Shown here: positions 31,274 through 38,781 of the stretch, in pieces
Layout of the letters: the number at the start of each line of letters is the position of its first letter
Position numbering within the stretch: the first letter of the stretch is position 1
Origin: an uncultured Actinomycetes bacterium
Lineage (GTDB): Bacteria > Actinomycetota > UBA4738 > HRBIN12
Length of the DNA: 64,000 bases
Assembly (NCBI GenBank): GCA_963704725.1
Contig: OY969934.1
Location: 992,001-1,056,000, forward strand
Reading direction: 5' to 3'
Notes under the pieces: generated by a model
What the model saw: the letters and a program-made list of their open reading frames with translations, nothing else
Databases searched by the model: none
Told to the model about the DNA's origin: nothing
Program-made: the position numbers and the translations under genes

Positions 31274-31859
31274 GCCCCGGGCGTCCATGCGAACGGTCTG
31301 GCAGCGGGCGATCCGCGAGTCCGCGCTCACGCGGACCACGAAGCTCGTCGCGTTCACGTTGGGCACGTTCATGAACGACATCGCCACCTGCTATCCCTCG
31401 CTCCCCAGGCTTGCCGCCGGCGCGAGCGTCGACGTTGCGACCGTGAAGCGCCACCTGGCGACCCTGGAACGCGCCGAGTGGGTCGCCCGGGCGCGGGGTG
31501 GAGGCCGGCAGAAGACCACCGTGTACACGGGCCGGATACCGGCGCGCGCGTGCGCCGGTTTCGACACCGAGGAACAGGCGCGCTGGTGCGCCCGTTCCGA
31601 GGAAACCGGCGCAGGATCGGCCGGAAACCGGCGCAGGAATCGACCGAAACCGGCGCAGGATCGGCCGGAAACCGGCGCGCCAGTGCGCCTCGAAGTTGAA
31701 AGAGAAGTTGAAAGAGAAGGTGCTGAAGGGGGCAGAACCAAGAGGCGCGCCAGTGGAGAAGGCAGAAGCCAACAGCAAGTCAACGGCTACAGCCACAGGC
31801 TCGGCCGTGCCGCCGAGATCGCGGACTGGGCGCGACAGCTCGAGGAGGCGGGTCAGTGA
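31263..31859 (+). CDS. HTH replication-initiator-like protein
   Basis: TKLVAFTL..CYPSLPRLAAGASVDVATVKRHLATLERAEWV wHTH; internal iterons; start 31263 or 31287. Confidence 0.78.
   Translation: MPNEPRASMRTVWQRAIRESALTRTTKLVAFTLGTFMNDIATCYPSLPRLAAGASVDVATVKRHLATLERAEWVARARGGGRQKTTVYTGRIPARACAGFDTEEQARWCARSEETGAGSAGNRRRNRPKPAQDRPETGAPVRLEVEREVEREGAEGGRTKRRASGEGRSQQQVNGYSHRLGRAAEIADWARQLEEAGQ
31602..31719 (+). repeat. Iteron array plus A-rich tandem repeat (putative replication origin)
   Basis: GAAACCGGCGC at 31602, 31624, 31646 and 31668 (22-bp period), then GAAGTTGAAAGA x2 at 31692-31715. Confidence 0.85.
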
Positions 31860-32071
31860 TGGGCGCCGACAGCTCTACGGATCGCACGCCGTGGGACCAG
31901 GCCTTCGACGACCTGGAAGCCATCCTGCCCGAAGGCCCCGATCCCCGGGACCGGGCGGGCGATGCCTTCCTCAGGCTGGCCCGCAGCTGGGTGCAGGACC
32001 CCGACCCCCGCCGCTACCCGCTCCGCATCGTGACCCAGGCCCGCAGGGAGGTGCGCCGGGGTGCCGCGTGA
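31856..32071 (+). CDS. Hypothetical protein
   Basis: Translationally coupled; RBS GGAGG. Confidence 0.55.
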   Translation: MMGADSSTDRTPWDQAFDDLEAILPEGPDPRDRAGDAFLRLARSWVQDPDPRRYPLRIVTQARREVRRGAA

Positions 32072-32300
32072 GGACGCGAGGACCCGGGGCGTGCGCCTCC
32101 TCGGAGAGGGGCGGCTCGTCGTGTCGCTCGTGGACGAGGCGACCGTCGTGGCCCGCGTACGCGGCGATCACGGCGTGATCCACGAGGCCGGCTTCCTCCG
32201 CGGGCGCTGGCACTGCTCGTGCCCGGCCAAGACGACGTGCGCACACCTGGCGGCGCTCCAGCTGGTCACCCTCGAACCCGGCAGTCGGATCCTCGGGTGA
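32061..32300 (+). CDS. SWIM zinc-finger protein
   Basis: WHCSCPAKTTCAH = CxC-xn-CxH; RBS GGAGG. Confidence 0.75.
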   Translation: MPREDARTRGVRLLGEGRLVVSLVDEATVVARVRGDHGVIHEAGFLRGRWHCSCPAKTTCAHLAALQLVTLEPGSRILG

Positions 32301-32629
32301 ACGCCGAGCAGGCGAGCCTTGAGGAGTACGGCGCCGCGATGATCGAGGCCGTACGCGATGCCGGCGAGCGCCGAGCCCTCGAGGCGTCCGGCGACTGGGC
32401 CGCTGCCGCCTGGCGAGCGATCGTACGGCTCGCCCACCATGGCGCGGAGTTCACCGCCGACGACGTGACCGCTGAAGTCGGGCCCGCTCCCAGCAACGGC
32501 GCGGCCGGCGCGCTCTTCCGGGCGGCCAGGAGTGCGGGGTTGATCGTGCGCGTCGGCTACCGCACGTCGCGCCGGGTGTCGCGGCACGGCGGCGTCCAGG
32601 CCGTGTGGCGCGGCCGGGGGGCGACATGA
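32297..32629 (+). CDS. Phage-type hypothetical protein (wHTH-like)
   Basis: GTGA overlap; FTADDV..GALFRAA..GLI pattern. Confidence 0.65.
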   Translation: MNAEQASLEEYGAAMIEAVRDAGERRALEASGDWAAAAWRAIVRLAHHGAEFTADDVTAEVGPAPSNGAAGALFRAARSAGLIVRVGYRTSRRVSRHGGVQAVWRGRGAT

Positions 32630-32922
32630 GCGCCGCCGCAAGGCCAGGCGACCAGGGCACGGGGGACGGCGCTCCGGTCGAGCTGGACTGGGCCACCTGC
32701 GCGGGCTGCGGCGGCGCGCACCGGGCCGTCAAGATGCCCGACGGGCGCATCGTGTTCACCGAGGAGTGCCCGGGCCGCGACGACCGGCGCAGCGACCTGG
32801 CGAACCTTGTGCACCATGCCGGCGCGGCGATGGTGCTCGCCCTCGACTCCGGCGACTGGGAGCGGGCCGACTACGCCGCGGGCCTTGTGCTGCGTCTCCG
32901 CGATCCCAAGGACCCGGCGTGA
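32626..32922 (+). CDS. Hypothetical protein with CxxC
   Basis: ATGA overlap; CAGC..H..C. Confidence 0.55.
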   Translation: MSAAARPGDQGTGDGAPVELDWATCAGCGGAHRAVKMPDGRIVFTEECPGRDDRRSDLANLVHHAGAAMVLALDSGDWERADYAAGLVLRLRDPKDPA

Positions 32923-33094
32923 TGGGCCAGCCCGCACCTGGACGGGCGCCGTCGGCCACGACGTTGGCGACGTCGGGCCGTGGCGCGGGGGAGGGCGGGT
33001 GCAGATCACGACGGCCCAGGTGCACTGGCGCCAAGCTGGTGGGCAGCCGTGCGGTCGGCGCGCCCCGGTTCAACGAAAACTCCGGCGGCCCCCG

Positions 33095-33418
33095 GTGAAG
33101 GACTCCAGCCGGCCCCCGGCCCCCCGCGGTCTGTCCCCGGCCTCGCGGCAGGTCTGGCGCGACGTGGTGAACGCGTATGCCCTCGACCTGCCGGCGCTCC
33201 GGTTGCTGCGACTGTTCTGCGAGGCGCTGGACCGCGCCGCCGCGGCCCAGCTGGTGCTCGACGCCGACGGCCTTGTGGTGCGCGATCGGTTCGGCCAGGT
33301 GAAGGCGCACCCGATGGTCGCGGTGAAGCGCGACGCCGAGGTCGTGTCGGCCCGGCTGCTCCGCGAGCTGGACATCGCCGACGAGCCGCCGCCCGATCCG
33401 CGGCCGCCGAGGCGGTAG
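33095..33418 (+). CDS. Phage terminase small subunit, P27 family
   Basis: PRGLSPASRQVWRDV..LRLFCEA..DGLVVRDRFGQVKAHPMV..LLRELDI. Confidence 0.85.
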   Translation: MKDSSRPPAPRGLSPASRQVWRDVVNAYALDLPALRLLRLFCEALDRAAAAQLVLDADGLVVRDRFGQVKAHPMVAVKRDAEVVSARLLRELDIADEPPPDPRPPRR

Positions 33419-33422
33419 CGCG

Positions 33423-33962
33423 ATGCCACGCCGCCCGCGCCCCGATCGCCGACGCGACCTGACCGACGACCAACGCGAGGAGTTGCTGTGGGGGCCGGAG
33501 CCCTGCCGGGCGGCTCGCTGCGGGCCTGCCCACCGCGGCGCCGATGTGCTGCCGCGGATCGGCGCCGCCCCGGACGACGACCCCGAACAGCCGTGGGCCC
33601 TGTTCTCCGTCGCCGCCGGGGGCACGCCGGCCGAACACCGCCCAGTGCGGCGGCCGTGCTGCTCATGCTTCGCCAGCGTGGAGGCCCGCCGGGCCGCGTG
33701 GTGGGCCCACCGCGAGGAGCTGATGGCCCTGTTGGAGCCGGGGCACGCCGGCCGGCGCCCGTGGGCGTACTGGGCGATCGAACGCCACGAGCGCCCCGCC
33801 GACCCGCTGCGGCGCCTGGCCGAACTGGGCCTGCTCTCGGCCGAGGAGCAGGGGTACATCCTGGCCCAGCACGAGGCCGCGATCCCGCCCAGCCCCTACG
33901 CCGATGCCGCCGCGGCGATCCGCGCCGCCAGGGAGGTCAAGCAGGTTGATCTACCTACCTGA
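33423..33962 (+). CDS. Hypothetical protein between TerS and capsid
   Basis: Starts 4 nt after terS; Trp-rich AWWAHREEL..GRRPWAYW. Confidence 0.6.
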   Translation: MPRRPRPDRRRDLTDDQREELLWGPEPCRAARCGPAHRGADVLPRIGAAPDDDPEQPWALFSVAAGGTPAEHRPVRRPCCSCFASVEARRAAWWAHREELMALLEPGHAGRRPWAYWAIERHERPADPLRRLAELGLLSAEEQGYILAQHEAAIPPSPYADAAAAIRAAREVKQVDLPT

Positions 33963-34178
33963 CGTGTACGTGGGCGGGTGTACGCTGCCCATCGCACGGG
34001 CCGACCGGCGGCCCCTCGACGACGTATCCACCGACCTCCGGGCGGGACAAGCGGACCGCCCCCGACCCCGACCCAGCCCGCCGCGTATCGGGCGCGGCCC
34101 GGACCTCAACCACTCACATCCCCGCGCCGCCGCGGTCGAAGCACCCCTCCCGCCGGCGCATCCAGAAGGAGGCCTCCA

Positions 34179-35267
34179 GTGACGCGCACAGAGCGTCTTG
34201 CCCGCTGCCAGGAGATCGTGAACCAGAGCCGAGGCCGGACACGCACGCCGGCGGAAGAGGGCGAGTTGCAGGGCCACCTCGACGTGCTCGAACGGGACCA
34301 GCAGCTGGACCGCGAAACCCAGCGACTCGGCGCGCTGTTCGAGGGCGCCAGCATCGGCCAGGGGGCCCGTCGTGGCCGCAGCTTGCACGGCGCATTGCTG
34401 GCGGCAGGCTGGCAGTTGGGCGGCCCGCCGGTGCGGCTGCCGATCGGCGCCGTCCTGATCGATGACCCCGGGGACGCGGCGCCGCTGCGCGACGAGTCGA
34501 GCATCATCCGGCAAGGCGCGGATTCGAGGCGACTCTTCCCTGTGTTGGAGCGCAGGCCGCTCAACGGTGCCACGCGAATCGACGTGCTCGTGAGCACCGG
34601 ACGAGTGCTCGCGAACCCCGAGGAGATGCAGCTGCCCATCGCGGGCAGCGGGGAGAAGCCGATCACCAGCTCCGGCGCAGAGCTCCAGAGCTTCGACGTG
34701 GGCATGGTGGCCACGGTGAGCGACCCGTACCCCAACAGCATCGTCGAGCTTGAGGCGTTCCGCGATCTCGTGGACGACGACATGACGGTGGCGTTCGAGG
34801 ACTCTCTGGACAACCTCGTGGTTGCCACCATCACCCTCGGGGCGGGCACCACGGACGATCCCGGTGGCGACCTGCTCGAGCAGCTCCGCCGGGCCGTGAC
34901 GGCCATCCAGGGCGCGGGCTTCGCTCCCAGTCTCGCCGCGGTGAGCCCGGAGCAGGCCGAGCAGCTGGACCTCACCAGGGCCGGCTCGGGGGGCGACCCG
35001 GACGAAGGACCGTTCCTGCTCACACCATCGCCGAGGGGGTCGGCCTTCTCGCCGCTGTGGGACCTCCAGCTGCGGGTGGTAAAGGGCCTGGAGGCAGCCG
35101 TGGTGCTGGACCCGGGCGCGGTGAGGCTCTACGTCGACGACGCGGCGTTCGACTCGGACCCGTACTCGCAGTTCAGCACCAACCGGACGCGGTTCCGCGT
35201 CGAAGCGCCCGCCGTGCTCGTGGTCCGCCGGCCCATGGGCATCTACGTGATCGCGTCGGTCTCGTGA
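34179..35267 (+). CDS. HK97-fold major capsid protein
   Basis: RBS AAGGAGG; N-terminal helical delta-like region, GEKP motif, C-terminal FSTNRTRFRVE..VRRP. Confidence 0.8.
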   Translation: MTRTERLARCQEIVNQSRGRTRTPAEEGELQGHLDVLERDQQLDRETQRLGALFEGASIGQGARRGRSLHGALLAAGWQLGGPPVRLPIGAVLIDDPGDAAPLRDESSIIRQGADSRRLFPVLERRPLNGATRIDVLVSTGRVLANPEEMQLPIAGSGEKPITSSGAELQSFDVGMVATVSDPYPNSIVELEAFRDLVDDDMTVAFEDSLDNLVVATITLGAGTTDDPGGDLLEQLRRAVTAIQGAGFAPSLAAVSPEQAEQLDLTRAGSGGDPDEGPFLLTPSPRGSAFSPLWDLQLRVVKGLEAAVVLDPGAVRLYVDDAAFDSDPYSQFSTNRTRFRVEAPAVLVVRRPMGIYVIASVS

Positions 35268-35425
35268 CGACCGCCGCCGGCCCGGCCACGGATCGGGCCC
35301 AGGAGCCGCGGGGCGTACAGGTGCGCGAACGCGGCTGGTACCAGGAGCGCCTCGACGAGATCCAGGACGAGCGCGGGGTGCCGGATGCGGAGATGGTCTG
35401 GTGGCCGGTGTCGCGCACCGCGTGA
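35264..35425 (+). CDS. Small hypothetical protein
   Basis: GTGA overlap with the capsid stop. Confidence 0.4.
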   Translation: MTTAAGPATDRAQEPRGVQVRERGWYQERLDEIQDERGVPDAEMVWWPVSRTA

Positions 35426-35733
35426 GAAACAGTCCCCCTGCCCGTCATGCGCCGGTAGGGGGCCGGCGTGGGGGAGGCCCTCTGGCCGGTGGCTTCCCCC
35501 GCGCACTACTTGGCCGGGGCCCATGGTTACTCCGCGCTCGGGCGGCGGCGAGCGAACGATGCGGCGCTCCCGGTGCCCCGGCCAGGTGTCTTCTGACGGG
35601 CGAAGCGCCGCACCGCCGCAGGTGGTGGGGGGATCGGCCGCAAGGGCCGACCTCCCCACCGCAACCGTCAAGTTGCTTGACCGTCGGCGTACCATGCCGC
35701 CGTGGGCGGACACGACCTCGCGGGCCCGGCCCC

Positions 35734-36495
35734 TCACACCAGCGGGCTCGTGTCCGGGGCGCCTGGGCCCGCGTAGGCCACCACTCTGGCCACAGGTGCA
35801 ACAGCGGCAAGCTCGGGCTCGTCCCAGGCCCCGGCGGGCAGCGGCTTCGCGGTCTGGGCGGGCGTCGGGGCAGCCCTGGGCGCCGGGCCCCGCAGGCGGG
35901 CCGTCCGCCACGTCTCCCATGCCGGGTCCGCGTCCGTGGGGCGCACGCCATCGGCGGCGCGCACCATCAGGGCGCCCAAGGTCCGCAAGGCCCGGCTCGC
36001 CGCGTCGTACGCGGGGTCGTCGCGATCGTGGGTCACCAGATAGTCGATCGCCCGGGCGGCCTCCGCGATCGCCTCTGCCGCGACGGAGCGGGCCGCGGCC
36101 ACCGCCGGCACCTTGGCCCGCCCGCCCGTGCCCCGGCTGCGTGTGGGGGACCGGATCTTCTTCGCCTCGGCGTAGCACCGGCCGAAGGGCGGCCTGCCAA
36201 CCTGGTTGGCACCTCCATACCGCCACCAGACGGCCGCCTTCCTGGCGATGTGCGTGTCGCTCTGCCCGATCTCGTTTTCCAGCTGCCGGGCGGACTTGCC
36301 GTCGTCAAGCTCGGCGGCGATCAGCCTCGCCTCCTCCCAGCGGTGGGGTTCGGCCAGGCGGTCGTGGTCGGCCACGGCGGCTTCGTGGTCGGCGATGGCG
36401 GCTTCGTGGTCGGCGATGGCGGCTTGATGGCGCCGGATCTCCGCCACCCGGTCGGCGGCAACGTCCACGGCCCGCAGTGCAGTCACGGCGCACAT
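35734..36495 (-). CDS. Hypothetical protein with heptad repeats and HTH-like segment
   Basis: RBS GAAGG; AAIADHE repeats (21-bp DNA repeat); GKSARQLENEIGQSDTHI. Confidence 0.65.
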   Translation of the reverse strand: MCAVTALRAVDVAADRVAEIRRHQAAIADHEAAIADHEAAVADHDRLAEPHRWEEARLIAAELDDGKSARQLENEIGQSDTHIARKAAVWWRYGGANQVGRPPFGRCYAEAKKIRSPTRSRGTGGRAKVPAVAAARSVAAEAIAEAARAIDYLVTHDRDDPAYDAASRALRTLGALMVRAADGVRPTDADPAWETWRTARLRGPAPRAAPTPAQTAKPLPAGAWDEPELAAVAPVARVVAYAGPGAPDTSPLV

Positions 36496-36848
36496 CCTTC
36501 ATCGCCCCGGCGCTGCCTGGCAAGCCCGAAAGGGATGGGTCCGCAGCCCTTGCACCGCAACGATTCCGAGGGGCCGGTACACCGGGTGTACCGGGCCAGG
36601 GCGTCAGCGGATGAGTGAAGCCGTTGCACCGCAGTTGTCTTGGAGCCAGCCGGCCGCTCGACACAAACGAGTCGCCCGCACCGTGAGCGCGGGGCACGCC
36701 GCCAGGGGGGTCGGGGGGGGGCCGGCGTCGCAAGACAGCAGCTGATTCGTACCCACACCAGGGCCCCTCACGAACTACACGAACAGGGATAACTCAGCCC
36801 TGACCAGTGCCATTGACACAGGGCCCACACCTCTGTCATCCTCTAAGG

Positions 36849-37310
36849 GTGGTTGACTTGAAGCAGGCCTTGTCCGATGCCAGGCTCCGGCTGGAGCAGG
36901 CTGAGTCCGAACACGCAGAACTCGAGGCTCGTATCGCTCGACTCCACGATGAGGTGCGCGGGCTAGAGCTGGCCCTGGCGCATCACGGCGGCGGCGAAAT
37001 CGAGGTCCTGACCCGGAAGACCGGCTGGGGGCGGATCTCCAGGACCAAGGCGATCCTGAACCTGCTCCAAGAGGTCGGCCGCCCTATGGGCCCTTCCGAG
37101 ATCGCCGCTCAGCTGAGGGAGCGCGGCCGGGTCAAGGAGAACCCCAGATACATCTCGGCTTCCTTGGCCTACCTCAAGAACAACCACGTCGTTCGGTCGG
37201 TGGGCAACGGGAAGTGGCAGCTCATGGAGGTCCCGAAGAACCAGTCCTCGGGCGTCGGGCCGCTCGGCCCGGCCTTCGAAACCGCCCGGGCGCGGCCGGA
37301 GGGAGGCTAG
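36849..37310 (+). CDS. Coiled-coil plus winged-HTH protein (candidate regulator)
   Basis: N-terminal coiled coil; AILNLLQEVGRPMGPSEIAAQL..VGNGKWQL; TTGACA -35 at 36813. Confidence 0.75.
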   Translation: MVDLKQALSDARLRLEQAESEHAELEARIARLHDEVRGLELALAHHGGGEIEVLTRKTGWGRISRTKAILNLLQEVGRPMGPSEIAAQLRERGRVKENPRYISASLAYLKNNHVVRSVGNGKWQLMEVPKNQSSGVGPLGPAFETARARPEGG

Positions 37311-37706
37311 GGGGAACACCTTCCGGGGCGCCGGGGAAACTGGGCCCTCCGGATGGGAGCTGGGAGCAACGGGCCATCGAGGCCGCTTGGGATTCCAAGC
37401 CCGAAGCGGAGGCGCCCGGGTCGTGCGGTCGGGGGTCCAAACCCCGAGCACCCGCCCGACCACGCTCCCAGCTCCTACTCTACCCCGGGGATCGGGCCCG
37501 GCTCTGTAGCGGGCTGAGGAGCATCCGGCAGTGGGTGCCGGAACCGATGAGTATCCTGGTGATAGGTCCCGGGATGGCCGAATGGCCTTCCGGGGCGAAG
37601 GGCCCTAGAGGTCCGGACGACCACCAGGCCCTAACGAAGCCGGGCAGCCGGGTTCGACTCCCGGGCTAGGCGTTGCCGGAGGCCACCTCGGCGGTGGCCT
37701 CCGGCG
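37311..37706 (+). ncRNA. Unassigned highly structured non-coding region (~400 nt)
   Basis: Nested long-range stems, T-loop-like hairpin CCGGG-TTCGACT-CCCGG, terminal hairpin; no convincing ORF. Confidence 0.5.
37675..37705 (+). terminator. Hairpin closing the structured region
   Basis: GCCGGAGGCCACC-TCGGC-GGTGGCCTCCGGC 13-bp stem. Confidence 0.65.
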
Positions 37707-37821
37707 TATCTGAGAAGCCGAGGAGGTGACGGGGAGCGCTCAGGATCGGCCGAGGCTCCGGGGGGCCTGACACCGGGCAGAGCGACTTAGGAAGACCGCC
37801 GGGCGAGCCGATGAAACAGGC

Positions 37822-38127
37822 ATGAACGTCGCTCTGCCACCGCCGCCCGTCCCCGGACCTGCGCTCGGATCGGTTCCCCGGCAGACCCCTCGAGTCGTGC
37901 AGCAGGCCCCCAAGGCCGCACAGCGGAAGAAGCAGTCCTCGGCGGAAGCGGTCGTCATCGTCGTGCTCGTGCTCCTCTTCGCCCTCTCCGCCTGGGCCTT
38001 CGTCAACCCCCACGCGAACGTGCCCGTGGTCTCGAAGGTCGTCTGCTCGATTAAGGGCGCCTCGTGGACCGACGGGAGCGCCGCCTGGGGCATCCCCGCC
38101 GGGTGCTACCGGATGGACTCGCCCTAG
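37822..38127 (+). CDS. Small single-pass membrane protein (element cargo)
   Basis: One TM helix and an extracytoplasmic Cys pair; stop overlaps the tag stop. Confidence 0.6.
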   Translation: MNVALPPPPVPGPALGSVPRQTPRVVQQAPKAAQRKKQSSAEAVVIVVLVLLFALSAWAFVNPHANVPVVSKVVCSIKGASWTDGSAAWGIPAGCYRMDSP

Positions 38128-38729
38128 CTGCTCGGATCGGGGACTGTCAGGCCGCCTCCGAGTTCCGCGTATCGGAAGCAGGATGCTATGTGCCCATTGA
38201 CTAAGCCGCACGCCTGCAGGAACGCGTAGCAGATCGTGGGGCCGACGAAGCGGAAGCCGCGACGCTTGAGGTCCTTGCTCATCGCTTTGGCCTCGGGGCT
38301 CTCCGAGGGGATCTCGGCGCCGGCCTTCCACGCGCCCACGATCGGACGGCCCCCGACGAACGACCACAGATACGCGTCAAGCGATCCGAGCTCCTTCCGC
38401 ACGCCGAGCACCGCGCGGGCGTTGGCGACGGCGGCATCGACCTTCAGGCGGTTCCGCACGATGCCGGGGTCGAGGAGGAGACGGTCGACCTTGGCCGGGG
38501 TGAACCGCGCCACCTTCGCCGCGTCGAACCCGGCGAACGCCTTCCGGTAGCCCTCGCGCTTGTTGAGGATCGTCCACCAGGACAGGCCGGCCTGCGCGCC
38601 CTCCAGCACGAGCATCTCGAACAGGTGCGTATCGTCGTGGGACGGCACGCCCCACTCCTCGTCGTGGTACGCAACGTAGCGGGGCTCGCTCTGACGAGCC
38701 CACGCGCAGCGAACGACGGCCTTGGACAC
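38124..38729 (-). CDS. tag: DNA-3-methyladenine glycosylase I with element-supplied C-terminus
   Basis: RCAW, YHDEEWG, LEGAQAGLSW, IVRNRLK, GFRFVGPT, NGHIASC. Confidence 0.96.
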   Translation of the reverse strand: MSKAVVRCAWARQSEPRYVAYHDEEWGVPSHDDTHLFEMLVLEGAQAGLSWWTILNKREGYRKAFAGFDAAKVARFTPAKVDRLLLDPGIVRNRLKVDAAVANARAVLGVRKELGSLDAYLWSFVGGRPIVGAWKAGAEIPSESPEAKAMSKDLKRRGFRFVGPTICYAFLQACGLVNGHIASCFRYAELGGGLTVPDPSS

Positions 38730-38781
38730 GGCGCGATGCTACCGGCCGGTGCCGACACTCCGAAGAGCCGCCGAGCGGGAC

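Larger units (their letters stand above)
28992..38214. mobile_element. Phage-satellite-like integrative element 2 (~9.2 kb) inserted in tag
   Basis: Direct repeat CCGCACGCC at 28992-29000 and 38206-38214; split and repaired tag; integrase, xis, rep with iterons, TerS, capsid. Confidence 0.92.

Noticed and set aside
31602-31680. CRISPR-like array
   Set aside because: 22-bp period with near-identical linkers, inside a CDS, and no cas genes; better explained as iterons.
34179-35267. Encapsulin shell protein
   Set aside because: Context (terS, integrase) and the N-terminal delta-like helix favour a phage-type capsid; no cargo enzyme adjacent.
36705-36721. G-quadruplex or phase-variable G tract
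   Set aside because: Only two G runs in intergenic GC-rich DNA; no link to a promoter spacer can be shown.
37496-37645. Hammerhead ribozyme (CTGAGGA, CCGATGAG..CGAA) or SRP RNA (AGGTCCGGA)
   Set aside because: The hammerhead core is non-canonical with no stem I; the SRP AGGAAGCAG half is missing.
37560-37670. tRNA gene, tmRNA 3' end or tRNA-derived att site (GGTTCGACTCCC)
   Set aside because: No matching acceptor stem, D-arm or CCA end, and the element's att sites are explained by tag; kept only as part of the unassigned structured RNA.
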